Positions 26,460 to 37,019 of a DNA stretch of 64,000 nucleotides are shown here, in pieces. The DNA is from Nemertoderma westbladi (lineage: Eukaryota > Animalia > Xenacoelomorpha). Under the pieces are notes generated by a model, which was given only the letters and a program-made list of their open reading frames with translations, had not been told where the DNA came from and made no database searches. The translations under genes and the position numbers were made by a program. Numbering within the stretch: position 1 is the stretch's first letter; the number at the start of each line of letters is the position of its first letter. Location: positions 18,261-82,260 of the forward strand of contig JAUCBJ010003704.1 of assembly GCA_032718475.1 (NCBI GenBank), given 5' to 3'.

Positions 26460-28010
26460 CGTACTCCGCACTATCACCTCTCCACTCTCTTGTCACTCCC
26501 TAAGGCTTTATTCTCTAATGCTACCCCTGTGCTATCATACTATCTACCTACTGCTTACTAACTCTAACTATCTAACTAACTCTGCTAACTACTAACTCTT
26601 ACTACTTCTAGCTCTAACTGAGAGCCTCTAACTTTCTACTGACTCTAACTCTCTACTAAGTCTAACTAACTCCTACTAGCTCTCTACTTCTACTAACTCT
26701 ACTTGACTCCTCTGAGTCTACCAACTCTGCTAACTAGCTCTACTAACTCTACTCCACTAGCTCTGCTAACTCTACTCCACTAGCTCTGCTAACTCTACTA
26801 ACTAGCTCTACTAACTCTACTCCACTCTTCTAACTACGTGGCGCTTGCGGTGCCCACAACCCCTTTACTATATGGCACCCTATGTGCCCTCTCTGCTCTA
26901 CTCTACTACCTGGCACCCTATGTGCCCTCTCTACTACACTACTACCTCTCTAACTCTACTACCTGGCACCCTATGTGCCCTCTCTACTACACTACTACCT
27001 CTCTAACTTACTACCTGGCACCCTATGTGCCCGTCTCTACTCTTCTACTCTCTGGCACCCTATGTGCCCGTCTCTACTCCTCTACATCCCCTTTACGTCT
27101 CATCGCCTACACGTGACGCTCTGAGTGCCGGCAGAGTGGGTACGTTAATTATGTGAACTACTACTGACTCTACTAACTCTACTAACTCTCTTCTAACTCT
27201 ACTAACTCTTTTTGTGCCCGGCACCTCTTGTGCCCGGCACCTTCTAACTCTACTAACTCTCTACTAACTCAACTAACTCTACTACTAACTCAACTAACTC
27301 TACTACTAACTCTTTTTGTGCCCGGCACCTCTTGTGCCCGGCACCCACCCTAATTAACATACCCTGCTCTTACATCAAACACGTCATCACGCCCGTGCCC
27401 CACTAAGTTCAGCGCATTCCCTACTAACTCTAACTACGTGGCGCTTCCGGTGCCCACAACCCTTCTACTGCTACTACTAACACTCCTAACTAGCGGTACT
27501 ACGTACCCTCTTACTACTCTAGCTCTCTCTACTAGCTAGCGGTACAACGTACCCTCTTACTACTCTAGCTCTCTCTACTAGCTAGCGGTACTACGTACCC
27601 TCTTACTCTTACTAACTCTCTAACGGTACTACGTACCCCTTAACTCCTATTCTCTAACGGTACTGCGTACCCTCTAACTCTTACTTTCTAATCGGTACTT
27701 ACGTACCGTCTAACTCTAACTAACTAGCGGTACTTACGTACCCTCTAACTCTAACTAACTAGCGGTACTTACGTACCCTCTAACTCTAACTAACTAGCGG
27801 TACTTACGTACCCTCTAACTCTCTTCTACTAACGGTACTACACGTACCCTCCTACTAACTCTTCTACTAACGGTACTACACGTACCCTCCTACTAACTCT
27901 TCTACTAACGGTACTACACGTACCCTCCTACTAACTCTTCTACTAACGGTACTACACGTACCCTCCTACTAACTAACTAACTAATTAACTCTTACTACCT
28001 AACTTCTACC
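26460..28010 (-). repeat. Low-complexity (TAG/GAG-rich) tract carrying arrays of short hairpins
   Basis: CTAACTCTAC-type repeats interspersed with GGCACCCTATGTGCC x5, GTGCCCGGCAC x4 and GGTAC-N3-5-GTACC x13. Confidence 0.85.
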
Positions 28011-28043
28011 TACTCTATTATTTAATTATTTTCTTATTTTTAA

Positions 28044-29828
28044 TTAAATAATTATTTTATATTTTGTGCGTGGGAAGGGCGTCTCGCCCTCATTCCCACC
28101 CCCCTCAGTCCAAAACTTTGGACGACTAAACACTCTCAGGTGCCCCTTCTTCCAGTAGGCACTCTCCTGCTGCCCTCCTATACGTCCTCCAACTCTTCGC
28201 CACACTCTCTTCGGTGCCACCTTTGCTGGCCTCCCCCTTCGTATGTGCGCTGGCATTAGAGCCCTCGACGACCCCCGCTTGTCCCTCGGTATACACGGCG
28301 TCTGCCCATGTAATGCCCCCTCGCACTGTGTCAGTCCTGCGTGTGTATGCAACACGCCTCCTTCTACTTTCCCGACTCCTTTATGTTTGCTCATGGGCTT
28401 CTCTGCCCCTGGTCTAGTCCTTTCACATCCTCTCCCTTTCCAACACTCTCCGGATCTGTGTCCTTTTACCACACATCGATGACATAGTCCGTTTGCGTCT
28501 GTGTAGGCTACACGATCTCGTTTGGGCAACGCTTGCCAGTACTTGCAACTCCTGGTCTTATGGGTTCCGTCCCGATGTAATTGACATTGGAATCCTGGAT
28601 TATAGCGTTTCCTGTATAGTCCTTCACGTATCGCGCTTAGGTTTATATGTACCGATTTAATGTTTTGGTTGTCTAGACTCGGCCTACTGGGTATATTGGG
28701 ATTGTGTTTATTTTTGGTGTTATTTTCTTTCTGTCCCTGCCACGGTGTGGCCCTACTACCAGCTAACTGTGGACTGGTAGTCCCCTGTATGGCCGCGTGT
28801 GGTGGTGACTGTCCGCACGACCTGCTCTCGTCCAGGGAGTTCGATATTCTTGCTCCTATCGGGGTATATTGTCGATATTGTGATGGGGGAATGTCACCCT
28901 GTCCCCCCCCAGCCGGTATGTTTGGTACTGGGGTTGATGTTAATACATTGGGGCCCATACGTCTATCTCCAATAACTCCCCCCTCCCCTGGATATATGTT
29001 ATGTCCCTGTGTATTATAGTCATGCTGCTGTACCGATATAGGCCTACCTACCTCTCGCCTACCTACCGGTATGTACTCCGCGACTTCCGGGTTTAATCCC
29101 GTCGTTCGCGCTACCCCATCGCCTACTCTATCTCTCCCAGCATGGCCTATAATAGTATGTGCAGTAAGGCCTACAGTATGTCCTGCAGTCTGCATGTGCC
29201 CTTTCGAACCGAAGTTTATTCTTCGCGAATCTCGAATCTCCCCGCGACTACCGTACTCTCGATCGGCAGCTATATCCCGTCGGGAAGCTTCTCTTCGATC
29301 CCCTCTCCTGTTCTCGACCTTGTATTGGTACCTCCTGTACCCCTCTCTTGGCGTGCGGTGCGTTTCTCCGGGGCGACGGCAATCTCCCGAAGTTCGACCC
29401 CACTGGCTCCCTGACTCCATCTCTACTGTCGACGGTCCGTTATCCGTCCTCGCACTGCTATCGTTCGTGGCGACACTTCTTCTACTATCTTCTCTTCTTC
29501 TCTTTTCTGTGTAGTATTCCGGCTCGTGAGGTCTCTCGTCGACCTCCCGGTTAAACTCCACTGTTCTTCTTCTCTCTTCTGATCGGGCTCGACGCTTCGT
29601 CTGCCCTCTCGCGACGTCAACCTGCCTCTCTCTGCTCGATCGCACGCCGCTGGGGATACTCGCAATCCCCCTATTACTCTCCGTCGCCGGGTGTTGCGGT
29701 TTACCTGATTCGGCCCGCGCATTATCCGCTGACGGCTGTGGGACACTCTCTGCCCCCCCTCTCTCTCTACTAATCTCTCGCGGTGGGGTGCCCGTAGCCC
29801 CCCCCCCACCCGCCACTTCTAACTTCAC
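28044..29828 (-). CDS. Family-3 copy A Gag C-terminal part (zinc knuckles kept, capsid domain deleted)
   Basis: Colinear with 56356-58948 but joins SRSC directly to QSPPHAA; retains CQLHRDGTHKTRSC and CHRCVVKGHRSGEC. Confidence 0.75.
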   Translation of the reverse strand: MKLEVAGGGGATGTPPREISRERGGAESVPQPSADNARAESGKPQHPATESNRGIASIPSGVRSSRERQVDVARGQTKRRARSEERRRTVEFNREVDERPHEPEYYTEKRRREDSRRSVATNDSSARTDNGPSTVEMESGSQWGRTSGDCRRPGETHRTPREGYRRYQYKVENRRGDRREASRRDIAADREYGSRGEIRDSRRINFGSKGHMQTAGHTVGLTAHTIIGHAGRDRVGDGVARTTGLNPEVAEYIPVGRREVGRPISVQQHDYNTQGHNIYPGEGGVIGDRRMGPNVLTSTPVPNIPAGGGQGDIPPSQYRQYTPIGARISNSLDESRSCGQSPPHAAIQGTTSPQLAGSRATPWQGQKENNTKNKHNPNIPSRPSLDNQNIKSVHINLSAIREGLYRKRYNPGFQCQLHRDGTHKTRSCKYWQALPKRDRVAYTDANGLCHRCVVKGHRSGECWKGRGCERTRPGAEKPMSKHKGVGKVEGGVLHTHAGLTQCEGALHGQTPCIPRDKRGSSRALMPAHIRRGRPAKVAPKRVWRRVGGRIGGQQESAYWKKGHLRVFSRPKFWTEGGGNEGETPFPRTKYKIII

Positions 29829-31506
29829 TATCTCTTACTACACTTCTGCGTCCCTCTTGTGGGGCATTCTCTGCCCCCCCTCTCTCGCCACTAATCTTAT
29901 GTGGTGGGGCGCCCGTAGCCCCCCCCCACCCGCCACATCTAACTTCAATATCTCTTACTTCGTCTCTACACCCCTCTCTAGTCGACGCACTGTCTCTACT
30001 ACGGCTGGGTCTATTCACCCCCGCCTCTCTCTCTACTACTGCGTGGCCCATCAGGCCTACTTCGGGTTGGCTCAACCACGCTACCTCCTGCCTACCAACT
30101 ACGTGGCCTACCAGGCCGCCGTCGGGTTGGCTCAACCCTGCCACCTCCTGCCTACTAACTACGTGGCCTACCAGGCCACCGTCTGCCGGGTTATGTACGT
30201 CCGACACGCTCATATTAATATCACCATTCCCAATATTATTTGTTAAATCAATTAAATTATTAGAATTTGAAACGGGATTATTATTTAAATTATTTAAATT
30301 ACTTAGATCACTACTATTCTCTAAACTTAAATTATTATTCGAATTATTTTGCGGGTTTGAATTGAAATTATTATTTAGAGTATTTGTATTTAAATTTAAA
30401 TTACTACTACCCGGTAAAATATTATTTCCTGTAATAAAGGGATTAGGGTTATCTACTACGGTACTATTAATATTAACTACTTCTGACGTACTACTACTAC
30501 CCCCTCCGCCCGTACGGCTACACCAGTTCTGGTTCTCTCGCTCTATACACTCCTCGACTCTCTTACACTCCTCGACTCTCTTTCTATACGCCTCTATAAC
30601 GGCGGCATTATCCCTCAGTTGCCGCTCTGTGCTATTCTGCATTACCACTACCATTTCTAATTCATACTTTATCTCCCACACCCTTCTTTCTTTTGCGGAG
30701 GATGTAGCAGACTTATCGGTTGCGACGGACTCCCGTCGCCCCTCCGTCCCACCAACTTTCCCCCGCCTCCCGGAACTTCCTCCGACCGACGAGACCGAAT
30801 CCTCGGGTTTAACCTCGGATTCGCCCTCCTCAGGTCTCTTCCAACCCACTAATTTTATATCCTGGGCATCGACTAAGTATGGCCCTATGTACACTACACT
30901 AGGTTCCATACCCCCACATTCCCATAGTTTGATCAGTTCGTTGGCAACCCCTCTCGCTCTCTCCTCGGCCAGTTCTCTCTGCCCAGAACACACTAGGTGA
31001 TCAAAGTATCTGTTCGACTCACCTAGTCCCTTTGTCATCCTGACCTCGTCTATCCTCGCCCCCTCCTTGGCCTCCTTTAGTAGTTCCCGGGTCGCGTTGT
31101 AGGCCCGTCGAAGTCGATCAGAAACCCCGACGTCCTCGTCGCCGACCTCTCTTCCGTCTCTCCGGGTCCGACGTCGTACCGACGGCCCCACTGTCGCCGT
31201 TCCGGTGGACCGTTCGTCGTCCTCGGCCTGTGGCTGGCCGGTGACATCGGTATGTCGACCCTCGCTCCGCGTCGACTCGTCTTTCTCTTCTCCTCCCTTC
31301 TCATCTCCTTCCCTCGACTTGCCCTCCGGTTGTAGACGACCCCCCACATCTTGGTTCGCCGGGTTGCTCGTTGTCGACGTGGTCGGCGTAGCATCGACCG
31401 GCGTCGTGGGTTCGTATCGTCTCGCCGTGGCCTCGCGGATCGTTAGATCGTCGTCCGGGGTCCGCGGCGGTGTCGTTCCTATCTCTCGACTCATCGTGGC
31501 AGCCAC
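29770..31506 (-). CDS. Family-3 copy A Gag N-terminal extension (low complexity)
   Basis: Homologous to 54099-56480 (TPPRTPDDDLTIREA, DEDVGVSDRLRRAYNATR, YIGPYLVDA), with an Asn-rich tract and GLVGHVV repeats. The frame shifts into the next ORF at a G run. Confidence 0.75.
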   Translation of the reverse strand: MAATMSREIGTTPPRTPDDDLTIREATARRYEPTTPVDATPTTSTTSNPANQDVGGRLQPEGKSREGDEKGGEEKDESTRSEGRHTDVTGQPQAEDDERSTGTATVGPSVRRRTRRDGREVGDEDVGVSDRLRRAYNATRELLKEAKEGARIDEVRMTKGLGESNRYFDHLVCSGQRELAEERARGVANELIKLWECGGMEPSVVYIGPYLVDAQDIKLVGWKRPEEGESEVKPEDSVSSVGGSSGRRGKVGGTEGRRESVATDKSATSSAKERRVWEIKYELEMVVVMQNSTERQLRDNAAVIEAYRKRVEECKRVEECIERENQNWCSRTGGGGSSSTSEVVNINSTVVDNPNPFITGNNILPGSSNLNLNTNTLNNNFNSNPQNNSNNNLSLENSSDLSNLNNLNNNPVSNSNNLIDLTNNIGNGDINMSVSDVHNPADGGLVGHVVSRQEVAGLSQPDGGLVGHVVGRQEVAWLSQPEVGLMGHAVVEREAGVNRPSRSRDSASTREGCRDEVRDIEVRCGGWGGATGAPPHKISGERGGAENAPQEGRRSVVRDSEVRSGGWGGGYGHPTARD

Positions 31507-31611
31507 TAGTCTGTCAGTTGGTTGGATCCAGTTCTATCACTGTCAGACTGTTAGGGCAGCTGCTAGGATTCTATCTCTGTCAGGGCAGCTGGGCGGATCT
31601 GATTCTGTCAC

Positions 31612-32140
31612 TGTGACGGGATCTGCGGATCCCGGTTTATCCGTTGGGTTTTCTATCCACGCGTCCCCGCCGTGTGTGAAAGGTAAAAGAGTTCTGATGT
31701 TGGGTAATATGTATAAAGGTATAATAGTCTGATAGTTGATATAGTATAGTATGACACAACAGGTAATATATAATGGCGGTAGCGGACGGTGACAGAAGTC
31801 CCCGTTCCACCCTACTGATCTGACTGAGTAAACTGAATGAATGATTACAGGTTACTGGTTATATTGCACGGTGGCCTTATTGCTACTCAATCGATGCCTT
31901 TCCCCCCTCTGATTGGTTGATATCCCTGTTGGCACCCTTTGGAGTGTTTCCCTTCACTCCCTGTGTTCTCTCTCGGTTAGGGGTTTGGCCCCTGACCCCT
32001 ATTGTGTGTGTCTCCTTTGGGGCCTATTGTCCCCGTTTACTGGGCTGACACGAGGTTGATTGGTAATCAACCTCGTGCTCCCAATATTGCTTTATGGCTC
32101 ACTCTATGGGTTTGTGTTAGCGGAATTGGATAAGCTAACA
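31612..32140 (-). repeat. 5' LTR of family-3 copy A (529 bp) with CCAAT, TATA-like AATATAA (31865-31859) and Inr-like TCAGT (~31834)
   Basis: Direct repeat of 25412-25939; the same promoter motifs occur with the same spacing in the LTR at 53481. Confidence 0.93.
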
Positions 32141-35100
32141 GGGCCAATCTATATGGGCCAATCCCTTAATTCTGAATTGCTACCCGGACCCAACTTACTC
32201 CAATCATTGTTGGGAATACTTTTAAGATTAAGACAATATTCCATTGCTTTCGCCTCAGATATAGAAGGCATGTTCTTACAAGTCAAAGCGCTGGATAGGG
32301 ATCGAGATAGCCTACGATTTCTGTGGTGGCCTGAAGGAGACCTCAACCAGAAACCGGTGGAGTACTGGATGACCATCCAAGCTTTTGGGATAATCTCGAG
32401 CCCCTCAAACGCCTGTTCCGTGGTGCGCACCACTGCGGATGACAACCGAGACGCCTTCTCTAAAGAGGTGATTGACAACATTAAGCGGGATATATACATG
32501 GACGACAATCTAAAGTCCCTTCCATCAGTCGAAGAAGCCATCGATGTCGCTAAAGGAACGGTAGAGTGCTTAAAAAGAGGTGGATTTCGATTAACTAAAT
32601 TCACCAGCAACTCCCGTGAGTTTCTGGAGTCGATCCCGGTAGAAGATCGAGGAGCAAAGGACCTGGATCTAATAAAAGATGATCTCCCAGAAACTAAGAC
32701 CCTTGGTTTGAAATGGGACACCGAAAGAGATATCCTGTTTTTCCAACTAAAACAGCGAGATAATCCAGTTCGGACTAAACGGATTTGTTTAAGTATCCTG
32801 AGCACTTATTTCGATCCATTGGGATTTATTAGCCCAGTTATATTGATTGCTCGGAGTTTAGTACAACAAATGTGGCTTGAAAACCACTCATGGGACGATC
32901 CACTTAAGGGAGAATTATTAAAGAAGTGGATGAAATGGGAAGATTCTCTACCAGCCATCGAGAACTTTATAATTTCCCGTTCATATTTTGGTCATGTTCT
33001 CCCTACGTATTCCTATCAACTCCATGTGTTTGGAGACGCCAGCGATATGGGAATAGGTATAGTAGCCTACCTAAGGGTGGAAACTCCGGATGGAATCAAA
33101 GTCGCCTTGGTTACTTCTAAGGCATTGATAAACAATAAGTTGAAAGTTCCTCGAGCGGAGTTAAAAGCGGCTCTATACGCTACAGCCATCGGCCGGAATG
33201 TAACAGAACAGATCGACTATCCACTGGAGAAAACTGTCTATTGGACCGACGCTTTACTCGTGTTGGAGTATATAACCAATGAAGTCTGTCAGTTCAGCGT
33301 CTTCGTTACCAACAGAGTAGCCATTATACTCAGTCGCACAACGATGGATCAATGGAGACATTGCCCCGGAACGATTAATCCAGCCGACATCGCCTCCAGG
33401 GGAGCAACTCCACAGGAACTGGTAGATACTCCAGATTGGCTAGGTGGACCCGACTTCCTCTACAAAGAAGAAGAAGAATGGCCTCCTCATCTTACTACAG
33501 CAGAGATTAGACAGGCCAAGGGAGCGGAGAAAGTCAAACCTAAAACTCGGGCGAGTAAATCGAAGTTATTCAAACCTATGGTAGATCTGTCTGTACTACA
33601 TACTTCCGGAGACGACGCTTTGGATCAGAAACCCACAGCCACAAATAAACTTGTTGTGGAAATCCGTGATAAGGATTGGAAATCTGGAATACCAGACGTC
33701 TCGCAAGGACTCTCACCTCTTCTGCAGAGAGCGATACATCACTACAGTTCCTGGAATCGGCTCTGTAAGGCCGTTACATATTTAAAGAGATGTTTTCACC
33801 ATCACTACTCCGGGATGAAGGCCAAAGGTGATACCGCTCCAATAACATCAGTGCAGGTCCATGTTATTAAAGATCTTCCCAAATATAAGATACCCGACAG
33901 GTTTCTGAAGGAGAAGATCAGTTATCAGGAGCATGAAGAAACCAACAAGCAGATGCTGAGACTCCTGCAATGCTATGAAGATTCCGATAAGTATTTCCTG
34001 TTGTTGAGAAATCCACAGATGCGCTTAAGGGATCGTTTCTCTAGCACAATGATAGATGGGTTGATACGTGTTGGAGGAAGATTAACGAATGCTCCATTAT
34101 CCTTTGACACTAAGTTCCCCATACTCATTAGAAATCTTGAAATACAAGTCAAGATGATTGTAGATGTTCACAGCAAACTTTATCATGCTGGTAGGGAACG
34201 AGTTCTTAGCGAAATTCGAACTCGCTATTATTTTTATAAACCCCGTAGAGCTCTGAACCAAGTTCTTAGGAACTGTATACCCTGTAGGAAAGCATTCAGT
34301 AGGCCTTTAACACAGCGAGAGGCAGAATTACCTAGGGAACGAGTAAGCTTCTATGAACCACCCTTTACTAATACCGGTGTGGATTTATTTGGCCCTATTG
34401 AAGTATATCGTGCTAGGACTATAGTCAAGAGATGGTGTGTAATCTTTGTTTGTATGACTTGTAGAGCTATCCATCTCGATATGGTGAACGATTTATCGAC
34501 CAACAGCTTCCTATTAAGCTTACGACGACAGATCGCTCGCTTTGGCACTAGTAACACGATGAGATCTGATAAGGGAACTAACTTCATTGGTGCCAACAAT
34601 GAAATCAAAGCTTACGTCAAAGATTGGAACCAAAGACAGGTGGACGATCAGCTACGAGTAACAGCGTCTAGCTGGACCTTCAACGCCGCCGACGCCCCTT
34701 GGTGGGGAGGAAGTTGGGAGAGATTAATAAGAAGTGTGAAGACAGCATTTCACTTTATAGTGCCTTGCCGCGCGTATCTCACCGACGAACTTTTGCGGAT
34801 GTTAATGGAGGAAATCGCCGCCTATCTCAACGAGAGACCGCTTATGCCAGTCTCATCGAGTCCCGATTCCCTGGAAGCGCTAACACCCGCGCACTTCCTA
34901 CTGAAGAAACCTGTAGCCATGCTCCCACAATCGGAAATCACAGACGGAGACGAATACTGCCGGCAAACTTGGCAACTCATGCAGTTGTTATCCCGTCGTT
35001 TCGCTGACCATTTCGAAAAACATTATCTGCCCACGCTACAACTTCGAACTAAGTGGTTTGCGCAGCAAGAAAACGTCAGCGCTGGAGACATGGTTCTTAT

Positions 35101-35380
35101 TGTGGATGTAGATCTTCCACGTAAGCGGTGGCAGACAGGTCGTATCATCGAGACTCACATCTCGGATGACGGTTTGGTGCGATCGGTAGAACTCGTCGTC
35201 ATGCGACGTAATTTCAAGAAACCGGGAATTGTCTTCGAGACGCAGCAGCTCAATCGCCCAGTTGGTCGCTTATGTTTACTGGAAAGAGACAGAGAACTCT
35301 CCGGAAACTATGGGATGCAAGATACTCTTCCCACGACCACCTCCCTAATCCAACAAACATCTAGGGACTCCCCAGCTTAG
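32141..35380 (+). CDS. Family-2 BEL/Pao Pol: RT, RNase H, integrase, DUF5641-type C-terminus
   Basis: SLNSELLPGPNLL, DIEGMFLQV, YMDD, HVFGDAS, YWTDA, NPADIASRG, HHCC (HSKLYHAG...CIPC), GVDLFGP, SDKGTNF, WGGSWERL, LTPAHFL. The frame is uninterrupted. Confidence 0.95.
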   Translation, partial: GPIYMGQSLNSELLPGPNLLQSLLGILLRLRQYSIAFASDIEGMFLQVKALDRDRDSLRFLWWPEGDLNQKPVEYWMTIQAFGIISSPSNACSVVRTTADDNRDAFSKEVIDNIKRDIYMDDNLKSLPSVEEAIDVAKGTVECLKRGGFRLTKFTSNSREFLESIPVEDRGAKDLDLIKDDLPETKTLGLKWDTERDILFFQLKQRDNPVRTKRICLSILSTYFDPLGFISPVILIARSLVQQMWLENHSWDDPLKGELLKKWMKWEDSLPAIENFIISRSYFGHVLPTYSYQLHVFGDASDMGIGIVAYLRVETPDGIKVALVTSKALINNKLKVPRAELKAALYATAIGRNVTEQIDYPLEKTVYWTDALLVLEYITNEVCQFSVFVTNRVAIILSRTTMDQWRHCPGTINPADIASRGATPQELVDTPDWLGGPDFLYKEEEEWPPHLTTAEIRQAKGAEKVKPKTRASKSKLFKPMVDLSVLHTSGDDALDQKPTATNKLVVEIRDKDWKSGIPDVSQGLSPLLQRAIHHYSSWNRLCKAVTYLKRCFHHHYSGMKAKGDTAPITSVQVHVIKDLPKYKIPDRFLKEKISYQEHEETNKQMLRLLQCYEDSDKYFLLLRNPQMRLRDRFSSTMIDGLIRVGGRLTNAPLSFDTKFPILIRNLEIQVKMIVDVHSKLYHAGRERVLSEIRTRYYFYKPRRALNQVLRNCIPCRKAFSRPLTQREAELPRERVSFYEPPFTNTGVDLFGPIEVYRARTIVKRWCVIFVCMTCRAIHLDMVNDLSTNSFLLSLRRQIARFGTSNTMRSDKGTNFIGANNEIKAYVKDWNQRQVDDQLRVTASSWTFNAADAPWWGGSWERLIRSVKTAFHFIVPCRAYLTDELLRMLMEEIAAYLNERPLMPVSSSPDSLEALTPAHFLLKKPVAMLPQSEITDGDEYCRQTWQLMQLLSRRFADHFEKHYLPTLQLRTKWFAQQENVSAGDMVLIVDVDLPRKRWQTGRIIETHISDDGLVRSVELVVMRRNFKKPGIVFETQQLNRPVGRLCLLERDRELSGNYGMQDTLPTTTSLIQQTSRDSPA

Positions 35381-37019
35381 TAGCATATGGAGTGGGTGTG
35401 TGACCATATTATTTTATATTCTTATTATTTTATATTTATGTATGTATTATTATGTAATTTTATTATAATCGTTTTATTTAATTTTATTTAGTAGCATGTT
35501 ATTTTAGCGATTATTTAGTAGATTAGTGCAATATATTCGCGTTTATTACGTAATCACTTATATTATATATTTAGTGCGACGGCGAGAAACAATTCTTTTT
35601 CTCTTTCCTTGCTGCCCGTATTACATTACGAATACGTAACTACAGTAAGATGAAATGTCCGTACTTATTAAAGTACAATAAAGCCACTACTATATTCAAG
35701 TATTATTGGTAGGCAGAGTATTAGGAATGCAAAGTTCAGATCCTCGTGTCTCGGCTAAACCAAGCTCTGGGTAGACCTTGGAAACGACTTGCCTCTTCAC
35801 ACTGACATTGCTTCGTGCGATATTGCTCTCATACCGTATATTAAATAATACATATAGTAGCGTGATGTCCCTTTAACAGTAGCGTATAACGCAAAATAAA
35901 TCTGTTAAACCCTTTGACCATCTGCAATTCTAGTCGATTAAGATATCGCGGCACCCACCGATATACTTGAAAGACAAAATTCTAGAATCAGTGGTTAACA
36001 TCCCCAGACAAGTTCTGGAATAAACTGGTGCCCATCCTAAATATTAATTATTAATATTTATAAAATCTGTCAAATTTTAGATCCTTTAACATTCTAGTCG
36101 ATTAAGATATCGTAGCACTTACCGATATTCTTAAAAAGACAAATTCCTAGAATCTAGGATCCCAGTCCCCAGACATGTTCTGGAATAAAATTACGTCTAT
36201 TTAACATTAAATAATAAAATTTACGGGAATAAATTTAAATTCATATATTTCAATGAATTCAATAAATTGTCATTTTATACAATTTATAACATTCCCAAAA
36301 TTCCATTAATTAATAGATCATGGGAGCGGAGATTCACTCTATTAAGTGTATCAGTGTGCGAGAATCTCCAATATATAGTCAATAGCCGATAAAATTCATA
36401 AAATCATATATAGAGAGGATATTGACAATTAAAGAATTACTATTAAATAGGATCCCAGATCTGTATGCATGAGAATTACCCTAATTCTACCGCTAGCTTT
36501 CCATAATGTCACCATGGCAACAACCACGCTAGAATTAGAAGTGAGTTAAAAGAACAATAAAAGGCTTGCTCATTGAATAGCATACGTAATAAATAGCACA
36601 CCGCTAGTATCCAAGGATACATAATAACAACGTGACATTCTGGAAGGCACTGACTAACGGACAAATGACCCGAATGTGTGATAGAATGTGTACCATTTGT
36701 GACAGTTACGTGGAATTTGTGCGTTTGTAGGTGAATGTTACTACTAAGGTGTGTTTACAGTAGCAAGTCGCAATTGTGAAAGTAACCCTAACTCTCCAGT
36801 AAGAACCTGAAGTACATCTAAGCCTTTGGGACGGACAGTGGAGTGACTTGTGCCAGTTATCGTTGTCGTTGTGTAGCTACATCGTTGGCGAAAGCACAGC
36901 GACGATGGTACATCGGCGCTGAGGATCTTGCACTGTCCGGGGGCAGAGAGGGGTAGGCAGCGACGCCCGCTCGCCTAAATATAAACTCATTATAATATGG
37001 ATAAACTTATATAGCAGAT

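Larger units (their letters stand above)
25412..32140 (-). mobile_element. Nested non-autonomous BEL/Pao-derived LTR element (family 3, copy A)
   Basis: Two LTRs (25412-25939, 31612-32140) with TG..CA ends, differing as far as I can see by one T indel. PPT GGGGGGGAG (25940-25948, minus). Gag-like ORFs on the minus strand; no RT or RNase H. Confidence 0.93.
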
